A DNA stretch of 64,000 nt, from contig JASGKU010000004.1 in the NCBI GenBank assembly GCA_047600465.1, positions 490,445 through 554,444 of the forward strand. The letters are read 5' to 3'. Of this stretch, positions 29,955-41,705 are shown piece after piece (position 1 is the stretch's first letter; every line of letters begins with the position of its first letter). The notes below the pieces were generated by a model. That model was not told where the DNA came from. It saw only the letters and a program-made list of their open reading frames with translations, and made no database searches. The position numbers and the translations under genes are program-made. The DNA comes from Agriterribacter sp. (GTDB lineage: Bacteria > Bacteroidota > Bacteroidia > Chitinophagales > Chitinophagaceae).

Positions 29955-30365
29955 TCACCGATAGGAGCCGGCACTGGCTTGAAACTGCATGACATAAATT
30001 TAAGGGTAAATCTTAATTGCAAAATCAAATGTTCCAAGTGGATAAATGAAGATTAGTGGCTTTTTGCTGTTATCTCTTCGCCAGTTTCTATCCGTTTGCC
30101 CTTGTCACTAGACAGGATAAGATTAGACTGGTGTAAACGACATATCACAATGATTGGGGAATGAAGGGTGAAATACTCAACATACTTTCAAGGCATTCTT
30201 ATCCGAAGCATGAGGATCGTATGCGGGTGAATCGAAGTTGCTCAACGAAGCGAACGATAAACGAAATTATATCGTTTAATTCCAAATATTTTTGGCTATA
30301 AGAGAACCGTCAGAACTGACGGCTTTTTTGGGGGTATAATTTTTCAATTCGGCGACGAATTTCAC

Positions 30366-30587
30366 TCAATGTATTTGCCGAACCAGTTTAGTAATTCTTC
30401 TGGATGTTGACCGAAAAAGATTGCAGGCATAGAAAGGTTGGTTGGATTCTTCTATCCAAAAAAGTTCCTTTTCTTTTGATCCTAATCCATTAAATATTTC
30501 ATTTCCATCCTTTTCAGCTTTTACCAAAAAATCTCTATGAAGCTGGACCATTTTGGTAGGGGTGGTTACATCTTTTGCATATGGCAA
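30366..30587 (-). pseudogene. Degraded alpha/beta hydrolase C-terminus
   Basis: IFNGLGSKEKELFWIEE motif with no N-terminal part. Confidence 0.45.
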
Positions 30588-30684
30588 GGGGGTCTTATTT
30601 CAATTACGAAGGAATATAACTAAACGCTGAATATTTACCTGCCAAGATTATAATAAATGTTGGATTTGTTGTAATTATGTTAGT

Positions 30685-31029
30685 ATGATAGACTTCTTCC
30701 CAGACCCATATAAGGAAGTGATGATATTGTTTGATGATATCATGTATAACCCCAACATTATTGATTCCTTAACAAGGGGGGAGGAAATAATGTACAAAGA
30801 GCTATTGTCTTTTATAAGGGGGCGAATAATGCCATTAAGACAAGATATGATAAGGGAGCAGACATTGGCAACAGATAAATTGTGTGGTATATTATTTAAA
30901 ATGGCTCCCCAAAATGGAGAACCCAAGATGATAGCCTATTATTCTTTGGGCTTAGCGAGTAAGATAAGGGACAGTTTTACCGATGCGGATTTTGATTATG
31001 TTTATCGGAAGATAGACGGTTTGCTTTAA
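30685..31029 (+). CDS. Hypothetical protein
   Basis: Intact 114-aa ORF. Confidence 0.6.
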   Translation: MIDFFPDPYKEVMILFDDIMYNPNIIDSLTRGEEIMYKELLSFIRGRIMPLRQDMIREQTLATDKLCGILFKMAPQNGEPKMIAYYSLGLASKIRDSFTDADFDYVYRKIDGLL

Positions 31030-31424
31030 GCATAGCCTGATTTCAGTAGGTAGATAATAACTTTAATGTATTCAAGCAGGATATAGATGGAATACATAAG
31101 AAGATAGAAGTATTAACTAAATCGGCAGAAGCGTTAAAAGGTAGCACTAGCGACGGATTTAGTGATGTGAGGGTGAAACTTGAGTCTTAACAGAAGAAAT
31201 AACTAAAATCGGAGCGGTTACTAGTTACGCAGACCAATATAAGAACATGGAAGGGTTAAATAATTAGTATATCACTTATAAAGCATTAAACCAGAACAAT
31301 GTTCTGGTTTTTTATTTTAGCCTTGGTCTAAGTTGTATGTAGTTGCCACTCCACGCAAGCTTTTTGTTGCATATAATTCTGGCATCTATAACCTTTGATT
31401 AGAAAATCATCCAGCAGCTTTCTT

Positions 31425-31811
31425 TTACTGTAGTCTTTTCAAACGAAATAGCAATTGTTGAATCGCTTCCTGCGCATCATCAATGATAGATTGAGAAAAA
31501 GATTCAGGAAACAATGCCTTACGGTCATCCTCAATGTGCTTATAAAACCCCTCGATATGTTTGATATAGTCTTTGGGTCGGACTGTTTCAGGGATTACAA
31601 TATCAAGCGTTCCTTTCAGTGCAAAGGTGGTTTCTACTAACCGGTCAGTAATGTCCACGAGGGAATCAATAGCCTGATCCAGGGAAATATGCGCTTCATA
31701 GCTTCCTTTTCCAGTAATAGACCAGTGAATCAGTTTTAAGGAGTGACGAAAGGAGATCAGCGCTCCCAAAAAGAGAGCAATTTCTTTACTATCAGATTTG
31801 TTTTTGGCCAT
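31425..31811 (-). CDS. Dps/ferritin-like protein (DUF5856-like)
   Basis: LKLIHWSITGKGSYEAHISLD...DRLVET four-helix-bundle motif. Confidence 0.75.
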   Translation of the reverse strand: MAKNKSDSKEIALFLGALISFRHSLKLIHWSITGKGSYEAHISLDQAIDSLVDITDRLVETTFALKGTLDIVIPETVRPKDYIKHIEGFYKHIEDDRKALFPESFSQSIIDDAQEAIQQLLFRLKRLQ

Positions 31812-31929
31812 AGTTATACAGTTTTACTATAAATGTCCGTAAGTTTTTCTTTTCCCGCGTAATTTATTCCCTGATGCGGAACTCCCATATTGCTATATAA
31901 CGTTTACTTTGATAAATTTTACGATAAAA

Positions 31930-32654
31930 ATGCCGAGCCTACAAAAGTGGCTGGGAGATACAATGAATGTAGTCTTCAGTAAAATGGTTCATCCTGTTTC
32001 GGTGACGAAAAGTGAATACCTAAATGAAAGACTGAAGCGAGTGCGTTTCGAAGGTGATCTTTCAGGAACAAAATTTAAATCAGGCAACGTAGTAGCGTTC
32101 AGAGTAACGCCTAACGATTTCAGACATTACACCCCATCCTATTACAATGAGTCAAAAGGTATTTGCGAAATTATTTTCTATCTCCATGGCAAAGGTGTAG
32201 GTAGTCAATGGGCAGAAGAACTCTCGCCCGGGTATTCCTCCAGATTTATAGGCCCTGGACGAAGGCTAAGCTATTCACTCCAAAGCAGCAATCATTTTAT
32301 CTTTGGTGATGAAACCTCATTAGGACTAATGTCTTGTATGCACGCAGAAGCAGAGAGAAACAACCATTCTTTTTTTGCACTGATGGAAACCGGGTCCACA
32401 AACAGGCATTGGAACAGTTTTTTTCCTTCAATACCAGCCGTTTACATTACTTCCAGTATTGAATATCCCGCAAAATCGGGGATACTTTTTTTCGAGCAAT
32501 TGGATGATTGGTTGGTTGCAATGGAACATACTGCTTTTTACCTTACTGGACGTGCAAAATCCATACTTGCCGTCCGAAAATATTTGTTATCAAAAGGTGT
32601 CAGTAACAAATAAAAACGGAACCCTATTGGGCAGAAGGAAAAAAAGGACTTTAA
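31930..32654 (+). pseudogene. Siderophore-interacting FAD-binding protein, frameshifted near the C-terminus
   Basis: RHYTP, HGKGVGSQWA, GDETSLG; the expected tail IKTEPYWAEGKKGL lies in another frame after ~32610. Confidence 0.8.
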
Positions 32655-32843
32655 CGACTTTTAGACCATAATGATAGAAGGTGTTTAGAAGACCGGAAGG
32701 GACTTCGGCCACAAAGACAAAACTTAAATGCCTAAAAGAAATTGAAACATTCCGAAGAATTATAGATAAATAAATATTTGAAACAAACAATTAGACTTCA
32801 AAAAGTATTAACTGCAGACATCACCATAACCGCAAACTTCTGC

Positions 32844-33089
32844 TCATGCTGTTTTTACCAAAAGCATTTCAATAGATAGTATAACAGCTTTAATTAATTC
32901 TATATCGATATACTTTTCAGTTACATTCATAATAGCACGATAATTTTTATCTTCATCCCTTTCAAAAGTTACAATTTGATTATCTATTTCAACAAATATG
33001 GTGAACCTATATGACCCTTTTTCTAACCTCGTTGGTAGCTGCAACATGCATTCGTTGTAATAAACAGATATTTCAGATATTTCCATCAT
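32844..33089 (-). CDS. Hypothetical protein
   Basis: GSYRFTIFVEID...FERDEDKNYRA; short ORF. Confidence 0.55.
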   Translation of the reverse strand: MMEISEISVYYNECMLQLPTRLEKGSYRFTIFVEIDNQIVTFERDEDKNYRAIMNVTEKYIDIELIKAVILSIEMLLVKTA

Positions 33090-33572
33090 TAGTCAAACTT
33101 TCATGCACTGTTAAAGTTTCTGAAGATCTTTTGAAGGAATGGATCCAGATTGATCAGTTACGCGGTAATATAAAATTAGCCAAATAACATTAATCTTGAA
33201 AAGAGCTTGTAAGTTATTGAGAAATGATAAGTGTGAGACAAATATTAGTCCTTTTCCAACTGTTGGAACCAGCCATCCTGCATAATCTGTTACAATGATA
33301 ATCCAGTATAAGCCATTACAGTTTGTTTAAAATAACTCAAATTCCAGTTGGATAGCAATTCTCTAACCCGGAGAACCGCCTGTTCACAAATGTCCTCATA
33401 GTGTTCGACCAGGTAAAATTCAGCGCCATCAAAAACTGAGCGGGGTTATTGATTCTCAGATAACCTTAATGAAGCAGCTGAAATACTCTTTCTATAGAGA
33501 ACAAACTTGTTTGAAAAAGGGAATATTCACTATTAGTTTTCGGCACATTGCTGATTGTTGAACCATGTACAT

Positions 33573-34091
33573 TTACTCCGCAATAAGATTGCGCCAAAGA
33601 AGCAATAATCCTGCATTATTTCCCATTATTGGATCGGTGGAAGGAACAGCTACTGCAGATATATTTTTATCAGTCTGGGGACGTTCGCCATCACTGCCTA
33701 TATTAATATCATACCGTTTACCGTCAGGATACCCACCCACACAAATAATATCCTTTTCCTTTCCCATATTTTTATGAGCTACCCCGGCAGGTATAATCAA
33801 AACGTCCCCCGAACAGATTTCCAGTCTGACTCCATTATCCCCACCAAGTTGAATATTTGTTTTGCCGCTCACCACGCCAATTACTTCATGCGTATTACTG
33901 TGATAATGATTGTAGGTAAAAAATCCGCTTATCCAGTTGTTCGTCCATCCATGCTGGCTGAAAAGTTTTTTTACTGCATGCCCTGGAAATAAAAAAGGAA
34001 GAGACAACGCATTTTTATAAAGCAACACAGGGAGCTTACTATTGGGAAATATTCCATTGTCACGTAAACGATATTGAAGAGGAATATGCAT
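33573..34091 (-). CDS. Cupin domain protein (YjlB-like)
   Basis: PNSKLPVLLY, HYHSNTHEV, GDVLIIPAGVAH, VGGYP. Confidence 0.88.
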   Translation of the reverse strand: MHIPLQYRLRDNGIFPNSKLPVLLYKNALSLPFLFPGHAVKKLFSQHGWTNNWISGFFTYNHYHSNTHEVIGVVSGKTNIQLGGDNGVRLEICSGDVLIIPAGVAHKNMGKEKDIICVGGYPDGKRYDINIGSDGERPQTDKNISAVAVPSTDPIMGNNAGLLLLWRNLIAE

Positions 34092-34285
34092 ATAGTTATA
34101 ATTGACCTTGGCCCGAAGCTTACTTAAAGTCATAGTTTTTTTACATGTTTTCTGAACGCACGATTTGTATATATACAAAGGTGATTCCAAACTGCATTGA
34201 GATGCTCTTTTTTCAGAATTACGAAGCAGACTTTCAATTTTCAGCGCAGATTATTCCCCTTGGATGTTCTGGCATATTATACTAC

Positions 34286-34621
34286 CTACCATATTTTGTT
34301 TCCCAGCATATGGGTATCATTTTTAAACTTATTTATGCACTCATCTAAATCTCTTTTGAAATCGTCGAGCCATGCCTGCTTTAGCTGGTCATTCATCTTC
34401 CTGTATACCAGTTTCTCACTGTGTCCAATATCATCCTCCAGGACCTGAATATAAAAAGGCACTTTCGCAAGTTTCCTTTTATGATTTTTAAAAGCTAACC
34501 TCATCAGTGCAACTACTTCCCTGAAGGCATCAGGAATTACCTTTTTAAATATAGATCTGTCAAAATAAATATCGGTCCTCTGGATATTATTGTTAATAGC
34601 TTCTAGCCTTTTAATGGACAT
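34286..34621 (-). CDS. Hypothetical protein
   Basis: Intact 111-aa ORF. Confidence 0.5.
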   Translation of the reverse strand: MSIKRLEAINNNIQRTDIYFDRSIFKKVIPDAFREVVALMRLAFKNHKRKLAKVPFYIQVLEDDIGHSEKLVYRKMNDQLKQAWLDDFKRDLDECINKFKNDTHMLGNKIW

Positions 34622-34972
34622 TTCCGTTAATTATGAAATATAAGTTTCAATTGAATATTTGAATTCCTCAGCATAGCATTTACGCAAGCTGAAGACATTA
34701 GATTTATTATCGTTAGCCATAATAGTTAATCTTTAAAAATAGAGCTTAAAGCTAAGGCAAACAGGCAAAATTTGAACTCAATTACGGGCTAATGAATGTA
34801 AATCTTTACTCTTCAATTCCGGACAAAGAACAACCCATGGTTTTCCCCAACGGGGATTTATATGCACTTTGCTTATGAAAGGTCTTGCGTCATCACCTCA
34901 CAAAGCAGCAAAATTCCGTACGGCACATCTTTTGAAACAAACGAAATATAAACTTTAAAAAATATACTATTT

Positions 34973-35527
34973 ATGACAACTACAAAAGCTTCAGAAAAAA
35001 AGAACGCTCCAAAACGCGCAACTGTTGAAGGAAAAGGCCAGCTCGAAAGATATTTTTCCGATTCTCTTAAGGATATATACTGGGCCGAAAAAGCCTTGAC
35101 AAAGGCGTTGCCAAAGATGAAGAAAGCCGCAACTACCGCAGAACTGCAAACTGCAATCGAAACACATCTGGGACAAACAAAAGAACATGTAAGCCGTCTT
35201 GAACAGGTTTTTGAAATGCTAGGACAAAAAGCGCAGGCAAAAAAATGTGAAGCTATGGACGGTTTGTTAAAAGAAGGTGATTCTATCGTGGAAGAAACCG
35301 AAGACGGAAGTATAACACGAGATGCAGGTATTATCATGGCAGCACAAAAGGTAGAACATTATGAGATAGCTACCTACGGCGGACTGGTTACGCTTGCCAA
35401 GACACTAGGAAAAGAAGATGTTGCAGACATTTTGCACGTTACCCTCGAAGAAGAAAAAGAAACCGACAAGGGTCTAAGCGCTATTGCGGAAAACAATATC
35501 AATTGGGAAGCAGAACAAGAAAGCTAA
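34973..35527 (+). CDS. YciE/YciF ferritin-like stress protein (DUF892)
   Basis: LKDIYWAEK...H..QT..HV.RLEQVF...CEAMDGL...AAQKVEHYEIATYG. Confidence 0.93.
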   Translation: MTTTKASEKKNAPKRATVEGKGQLERYFSDSLKDIYWAEKALTKALPKMKKAATTAELQTAIETHLGQTKEHVSRLEQVFEMLGQKAQAKKCEAMDGLLKEGDSIVEETEDGSITRDAGIIMAAQKVEHYEIATYGGLVTLAKTLGKEDVADILHVTLEEEKETDKGLSAIAENNINWEAEQES

Positions 35528-35542
35528 AATGGAACCGCATAT

Positions 35543-35575
35543 AGGGAAGTCACCTTGTGCTGACTTCCCTCTTAC
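35543..35575 (+). terminator. Intrinsic terminator after the ferritin-like gene
   Basis: AGGGAAGTCA...TGACTTCCCT stem. Confidence 0.65.
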
Positions 35576-35837
35576 TTGAACGATCTCTGCACTATAAGAC
35601 TAAATAATTCTTACGCAATCAATTTTTAATTGTACGTGTCTGTGAAATGAGATGCTCATATCACCTTGGTTGGATTCATACATTCTTTCATCACCCCACA
35701 TTTCTTTTATTGAGTGAAAAATTCCACGTTTTAGGTTTTTTCGACCAGAAAGATTAAGACCGATGTCTCATAAATATTTCCAAAGGTCTTTAATATGTGG
35801 CCTTTCATTTGATTTAGTTTTAATAAAACAAACAGTC

Positions 35838-36029
35838 ATGAAAAAAATACTTATTGCCTTTATAGCAGGATTCGCAGCCGGAATCATATTTGCACCAGAT
35901 AAAGGTTCTGCCACAAGGAACAAGCTTCGCGAACGTTTGAATGATTTTTCAGACAGCCTTGAGGAGGCTGCAGAAAAACTACCGTTTGAACAAAAAGATA
36001 TTTCGGGTACTGTCACGAGCAACCTCTAG
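35838..36029 (+). CDS. YtxH domain protein
   Basis: GFAAGIIFAPDKGSATRNKL. Confidence 0.88.
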   Translation: MKKILIAFIAGFAAGIIFAPDKGSATRNKLRERLNDFSDSLEEAAEKLPFEQKDISGTVTSNL

Positions 36030-36127
36030 ACACAGAATGATTAATTAAAAGCGAAGTATTTATGCAATTTAGCATCTCCTATTGATGAGCTCTATATCGG
36101 CTGGCTCCGGCAGTAAACTCATATGCA

Positions 36128-37084
36128 ATGGCAAACAATCTTTTTAAAAAGTCCTGGTTACTTATAAAACAGACCTTCAAATCTTTTTCTGAAGACAAAG
36201 TGATGAAACTTGGAGGATCACTTGCTTATTACACTATATTTTCCATGGGACCTCTCTTGGTTGTCATTATTTCGCTATGTGGTATTTTTTTCAAAAGAGA
36301 TGCCATCGAAAATAAAATATATTCGGTTATGCAGGACTTTGTGGGCCAAGACACTGCTGTGCAATTACAAGAAATTATCAGAAATGCAGGAATAGGTAAT
36401 AAAGGTAATATCGCAGCCATCGTTAGTATCGTCGTATTGATCATTGGAGCCACATCAGTTTTCGCGGAAATACAGGATTCAATCAACGGAATATGGGGTT
36501 TAAAAGCAAAGCCTCAAAAAGCCTGGTTTATTTTGCTGCGCAATCGTCTTCTTTCTTTTTCTGTCATCATCAGTCTCGGATTCTTATTATTGGTATCGCT
36601 TACTGTAACAGGTATTATCGAAGCATTGAATAACAGGCTGAAGGCTTCTTTTCCGGATGTCACTGTAGTATTGTTCTACGTAGTCAACCTGATTATTACA
36701 CTACTGGTTAGTACATTGATCTTTGCCGTCATTTTTAAAGTATTACCCGATGCCAAAATCAAATGGAAGGATGTTATGATAGGAGCGATTGTTACCGCTT
36801 TGCTTTTTATTCTTGGCAAATTTGGAATATCAATGTATATATCTCAAACGAAAGTAGGAAGTACTTACGGTGCGGCCGGATCCTTGGTCGTGTTTATTGT
36901 ATGGGTTTATTACTCTTCGATTATATTGTATCTTGGTGCAGAATTTACCAAGGCGTATGCGGTTAATTTTGGCAGCGCGATTTACCCTAATGAGTATGCA
37001 GTTACTACCCAAACAGTCGAAATAGAAACCGGTAAAAAGCCAGTTGCAGATAAAGAAATATCCATCCAAAAGAATAGAAATTGA
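36128..37084 (+). CDS. YihY/virulence factor BrkB family membrane protein
   Basis: LAYYTIFS, YGAAGSLVV..WVYYSS.ILYLGAEF. Confidence 0.92.
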   Translation: MANNLFKKSWLLIKQTFKSFSEDKVMKLGGSLAYYTIFSMGPLLVVIISLCGIFFKRDAIENKIYSVMQDFVGQDTAVQLQEIIRNAGIGNKGNIAAIVSIVVLIIGATSVFAEIQDSINGIWGLKAKPQKAWFILLRNRLLSFSVIISLGFLLLVSLTVTGIIEALNNRLKASFPDVTVVLFYVVNLIITLLVSTLIFAVIFKVLPDAKIKWKDVMIGAIVTALLFILGKFGISMYISQTKVGSTYGAAGSLVVFIVWVYYSSIILYLGAEFTKAYAVNFGSAIYPNEYAVTTQTVEIETGKKPVADKEISIQKNRN

Positions 37085-37521
37085 AAACACACATAGCTAT
37101 ATTCTGGATATGACGATTTGAGTCGCCCGGAATCGGGACATACGCATGGATAGGGACATTTATTTTACTCGCTTTAATGTGCGCGTTATTGTTTGTCTTT
37201 GCGACCTTCTCCTTTATCAAAATCCCCGGTCCGAATGGTGAATTTTTCAGAAAGGCATCATTGTCCGGTTTTTTGTATGGGTTGTACTAACCAGGGCATG
37301 CGATACCAAGCCCGTCCGGTATAACCTTTTAAAGTGATAACGGTTGTTTCTGTCATATCCATTCTGTTTGTTGTCTTTTCGCCCAACAGAGGAATTGAAA
37401 TAAAATAACACACCATCTCTTTACAGCTATACAGAAACCAAGCATTTGCAGAGAAAGCGTCCAGGTTACATTTGTAAGGTTCTAACATCGTTAAACACTC
37501 CCCGAGAATAAAAAGAGACTG

Positions 37522-39344
37522 TCAAATATTTAAAATAAACGAAAATGTAGAACCGGCATTCTCAGAGCTTTCAACTTTGATAGTTGATCCATGAAGGTTC
37601 AGAAACTCAGAAACCAGATAAAGCCCGATACCATATCCCTTGACATCTTTTACTTTTTCATTTTCCACCCTGTAAAATCTTTCAAATAACTTTTGCTGAT
37701 CTTTTAGTGCAATACCTACGCCTTGATCCGCAACGGATACTTCCACACCATTCTTAATTTGGTTAAGGGTAATAGTTATAGTGGAATTTTTATTAGAATA
37801 TTTCACAGCATTCGATAAAAGATTATCCAGCACATGCCGTATTTTGTTTTTATCAGCGTATACAAAAACCGATGAGCTTGCATTCAAAATGATTGTGTGA
37901 TGCGAAGATAATATCCTAATACTTTCTGCCGCCTCTTTAATCAATTCGGCAATATCGAAAGTTTCCTTTTTCAATATAAGTTTTCCTTCCTGCAGCCTCG
38001 CCACGTCAAGAAATTCACCGATTATATTGTTCATCCTTTTGGCTTGCATCTCCATATTACGAAGTGTATTGCTTGCAAACTCGTCCTTCCACTCCACTGA
38101 TTTTAATAATAAAAGCTGAGAGTAAGTAAGTAGTGTTGTTAATGGAGTCTTTAATTCGTGGCTGATAAGAGAAATGAAATCATTTTTTCGTTGTTCCTCA
38201 TGCTTTTTATCCGTGATGTCTCTTGCAATTTTCGAAGACCCTATTATGCTACCTGATGCATTTCTGAGGGGTGAAATTGTTAGCGATACATCAACTAATT
38301 TGCCGGATTTGGTCTGTCTTTTGGTTTCATAATGAACAATCGGCTCGCCCTTCCGGAGCTTCGCTAGAATAGCAATCTCCTCCTGGTGGAGATCTGGCGG
38401 AATAAGTTTAAATATTGATCGTCCGATCATCTCCGTTGAATCGTAGCCAAACATACGCTCCGCCGACTGGTTCCAAGAAGTGATAACTCCTTCTAATGTT
38501 TTACTTACAATCGCATCATTAGAAGTTTCTACGATAGCCGCAAGTCTTGCACTTTTTAATTCTGCTTCTCTTAAATCAGTAATATCAATTGCAGTTCCGA
38601 TAAAACGAACAGGCTTATTAAAAACATCAAAATATACCTTGCCCTGCCCCGGACCCAACGCAGCATATTATCATCCATTCTATGAATACGATGCTTAATG
38701 TCAAAGGCTCCTGAAAAAGGGTTGTTCATGGCTCCCTTTATTTTGGATAAAACATACTCACGATCTTCCGGATGAATTAAGTCGGAATATAATTCAAAAC
38801 TAATCGGAGTACCAGTGGACAATCCATAGATTTTTATACATTCATCGGACCATTCTAATTTGCCGGAAGCGGGGTCATAATCCCAGGAGCCGATTTTGGT
38901 CGCTTCTATGGCCATTCTTAACCTCGCTTCACTTTCTGCTAAGGTTACAAAGAGCTTTGACCTTCTTTCCTCTTCCTGTGTAAAGTCACTATAATCCCGG
39001 GTAAAACATCGGGTATGAATAAATTTGCCCTCTCGCCTTAAAACATTTGAATCGATTAAGACGTGTTTGATGACACCATTTTTTGCTAACAGACTTGCGC
39101 GATAGTTATGAAGCGTTTCATTATTATGCAACCGGCGCAACATGTCGTTTGCAGTAACCTCATCAGCATGAAACTTGCGAATTGATTTTCCAATATATTC
39201 ATCCTCATTATATCCAAGATATTCCAGCTCCTTCTGATTTGCCCAAATAACAATACCATTTTCATCGAGCCAATGCAATGGAACAGATGCATTCTCTACA
39301 AAGTCGACAATATCCTCGTAAGATAAACTTAGTTTTTTTTGCAT
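37522..39344 (-). pseudogene. Multi-PAS sensor histidine kinase, split by one frameshift near 38650
   Basis: Three PAS domains, SHELKTPL, NLLSNAVKY, DQGVGI, GYGIGL; the frame changes at a G-run (WVR-GQG). Confidence 0.85.
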
Positions 39345-39573
39345 TTAGCTTTGGTTATGAGGTTTAATTTTATCGTATAACCATTGAGCAGAACAAATTT
39401 ATTTACTAAAAACAAATCCAGGGAAGAAACTTTTATGATAGTATTAAAAATAATCATTTTGAAAAATAGACCTCCTCCACCATCTAATAGAACAACTTAT
39501 TAAAGCGACGTTATACTTTGAGAATCTCAAGTGAAGCAGATTTTCAAACGTCATATATGAAATTATAATTATG

Positions 39574-39987
39574 TTAACCGGCAACTATATTATTGGATTT
39601 TGGACTTCCTTTTGTATAGCAATCGATAATCATCTGCTCCCATTTTTCTATTGGTTCACTTTTCACGATAAAGTCATCTGCACCCGCAGCCAAGATCGCG
39701 TTTCTTTTTTTGTCGTTTTCAAACACGGTCATTGCCAGAACTCTTACAGATGGATAGGCTGCCTTTAATTTCCTTACAGTTACACAGCCATCCATTACAG
39801 GCATATTTACGTCGATAATACATAACGAAGGAGGTTGATTGACAGAGCTCATTTGTTCGAGAAACCTTAACCCATCGGCTGCTACAATAAGAACTTTAAA
39901 GCCTATCGAGTCTAAAGCAATTTGAAGTGCCTTTCTTAAAAATATATGATCTTCTGCTATTCCAATAGTGATAGTTGAATTGTCCAT
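39574..39987 (-). CDS. Single-domain response regulator
   Basis: IAEDH, IIDVNMPVMDG, AGADDFIVK. Confidence 0.9.
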   Translation of the reverse strand: MDNSTITIGIAEDHIFLRKALQIALDSIGFKVLIVAADGLRFLEQMSSVNQPPSLCIIDVNMPVMDGCVTVRKLKAAYPSVRVLAMTVFENDKKRNAILAAGADDFIVKSEPIEKWEQMIIDCYTKGSPKSNNIVAG

Positions 39988-40221
39988 GTTGTAGTATGAA
40001 TATTAAAGATAAACTTGAAGACAAGCATTCCGCAGAATAGGTTGTATGATCTCACCTACGTTGGAAAATAAGATAAAGCTTCTTACATTTCCATTACACT
40101 CTTTCTAAATGAGAGTAATAATGAACACGTGATATATGACTAGGCGTTGTAAAAGAATATCTGAAGAAATAAGAAAGGCTATAAGCTCGGCAATAAACAG
40201 GAGCTATTCCAATTTTGGCAT

Positions 40222-40283
40222 CAAAAAGCCAGGCATCGAAATACCCGGCGTGCTAACCTATGAAAAACACCAATTCAAAATTA
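40222..40283 (-). ncRNA. Putative mini sRNA unit
   Basis: TAATTTTG box, then GGTGTTTTTCATAGGTTAG, then GCCGGGTAT-TTCG-ATGCCTGGC and a T-tract. Confidence 0.5.
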
Positions 40284-40946
40284 AGGACTTATAGTTGTAA
40301 GATCGTGGAGGGAGCATTGAAATAATCAGATTTTATCCACATGTTTACCAGTATAATTATTTTTTCAGGAATTATTAAATAATCCCGCGACTCGTCTGCG
40401 GAGGTGAGGCACATATACGTTTTTCTGCGTAGAATCCTAAACACGATTTCAATGCCTCACAGGAAACATACCATAATAATGAATGACGTTCACCACCATC
40501 CAAAATAATTTTTTCTTCCGGCACTGGCTAACTTATCATTGAGCATTACCCATCCTTGATTGTTCCTGCATCAAAACAGATATGTGACCACTATCTCATA
40601 ATTCTGATAAGAACAAAAAATTGTATGCAATTTCCACGAGGAGGCTGGCAAGCATGAAGATTATTTCCGGTCTGATTTCAGATCCGATCTTCTGATCCTG
40701 TTCTCACGCTCCATTGTTTAAGCGGTAGTTCTCGGATACGTTTATAACAACTATAATAAACCATGCATCATTAGAAATTTCGTAGACCTAATTCCATGTG
40801 CACGATTTGCGTCTGGAGATCCCAAAGTTCTTTTTAATTCTGGTCCGGTGCGGTTAGAAACAGGGGATCATAAACTGAAAACTTACTCCTGTACTTGCAT
40901 TACTAAGTTCGGCACGCTTTTTTATCTACGCTTGTAAAAGTGCGAG

Positions 40947-41153
40947 ATGGACAATGAAATAATAAAAGAACAAGAAATCAAACGAGAAATTGCATATTTA
41001 TGCCAGAGGTTTAATAAAAGTGAAGAACAGATCAGGGAAGCCATTCGGAGAGTTGGCAAAAGTAGCGAAAACCTTCAACAGTATTTTCAGGAATCAGGGC
41101 AACCCGTACAAAATCAATATCCGTCTTTTGGCGACCTGAATCCATCATTGTGA
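40947..41153 (+). CDS. DUF3606-like small protein
   Basis: EIAYLCQRFNKSEEQIREAIRRVGKS. Confidence 0.7.
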   Translation: MDNEIIKEQEIKREIAYLCQRFNKSEEQIREAIRRVGKSSENLQQYFQESGQPVQNQYPSFGDLNPSL

Positions 41154-41705
41154 AATTATTTACCCGCCGTCATTCATATTAAGCAACTGATTTCAAAATA
41201 TCCTGGAATGATCATACATCTACCAAAAAGATACAAAGCGCTTCTCATTCTCGCTTGCGCTGATGGAAAGAAAAGCCTGATAAAGTGACAGTATCCTGAA
41301 ATCAATTAAACGATACCGTCCTTAAAAACGAAGAATTAAAAAAGGATTAAAAAGGTAAATGTCACACACCAGGCAATCTTGACATTATTCATATAGGATA
41401 ATAATAAACAACAATGTGTTGGTTGTAGTAAATTTGATTTTTCATTTCATAACATCATTGCGATTCAAAACCGGGCAGAAAATCTAAAACATTGCATAGG
41501 TTTACCTAAAACACTTTTCACTGTAATTGCCTTTATTCATTTATCCTCAGTTATGTCATACAACCGTCATTTTTAAGTTTTCTGTAAGTTAATTTCCTTT
41601 TCGTGCAAATCGTTTTCCGGATTGGGCATACCAGCCTCCTTGCAGTACAGATAGTTTTGCTGTACTTTTTATAATAGCCAAACAAAATAACTCAAACCAT
41701 CCAAA

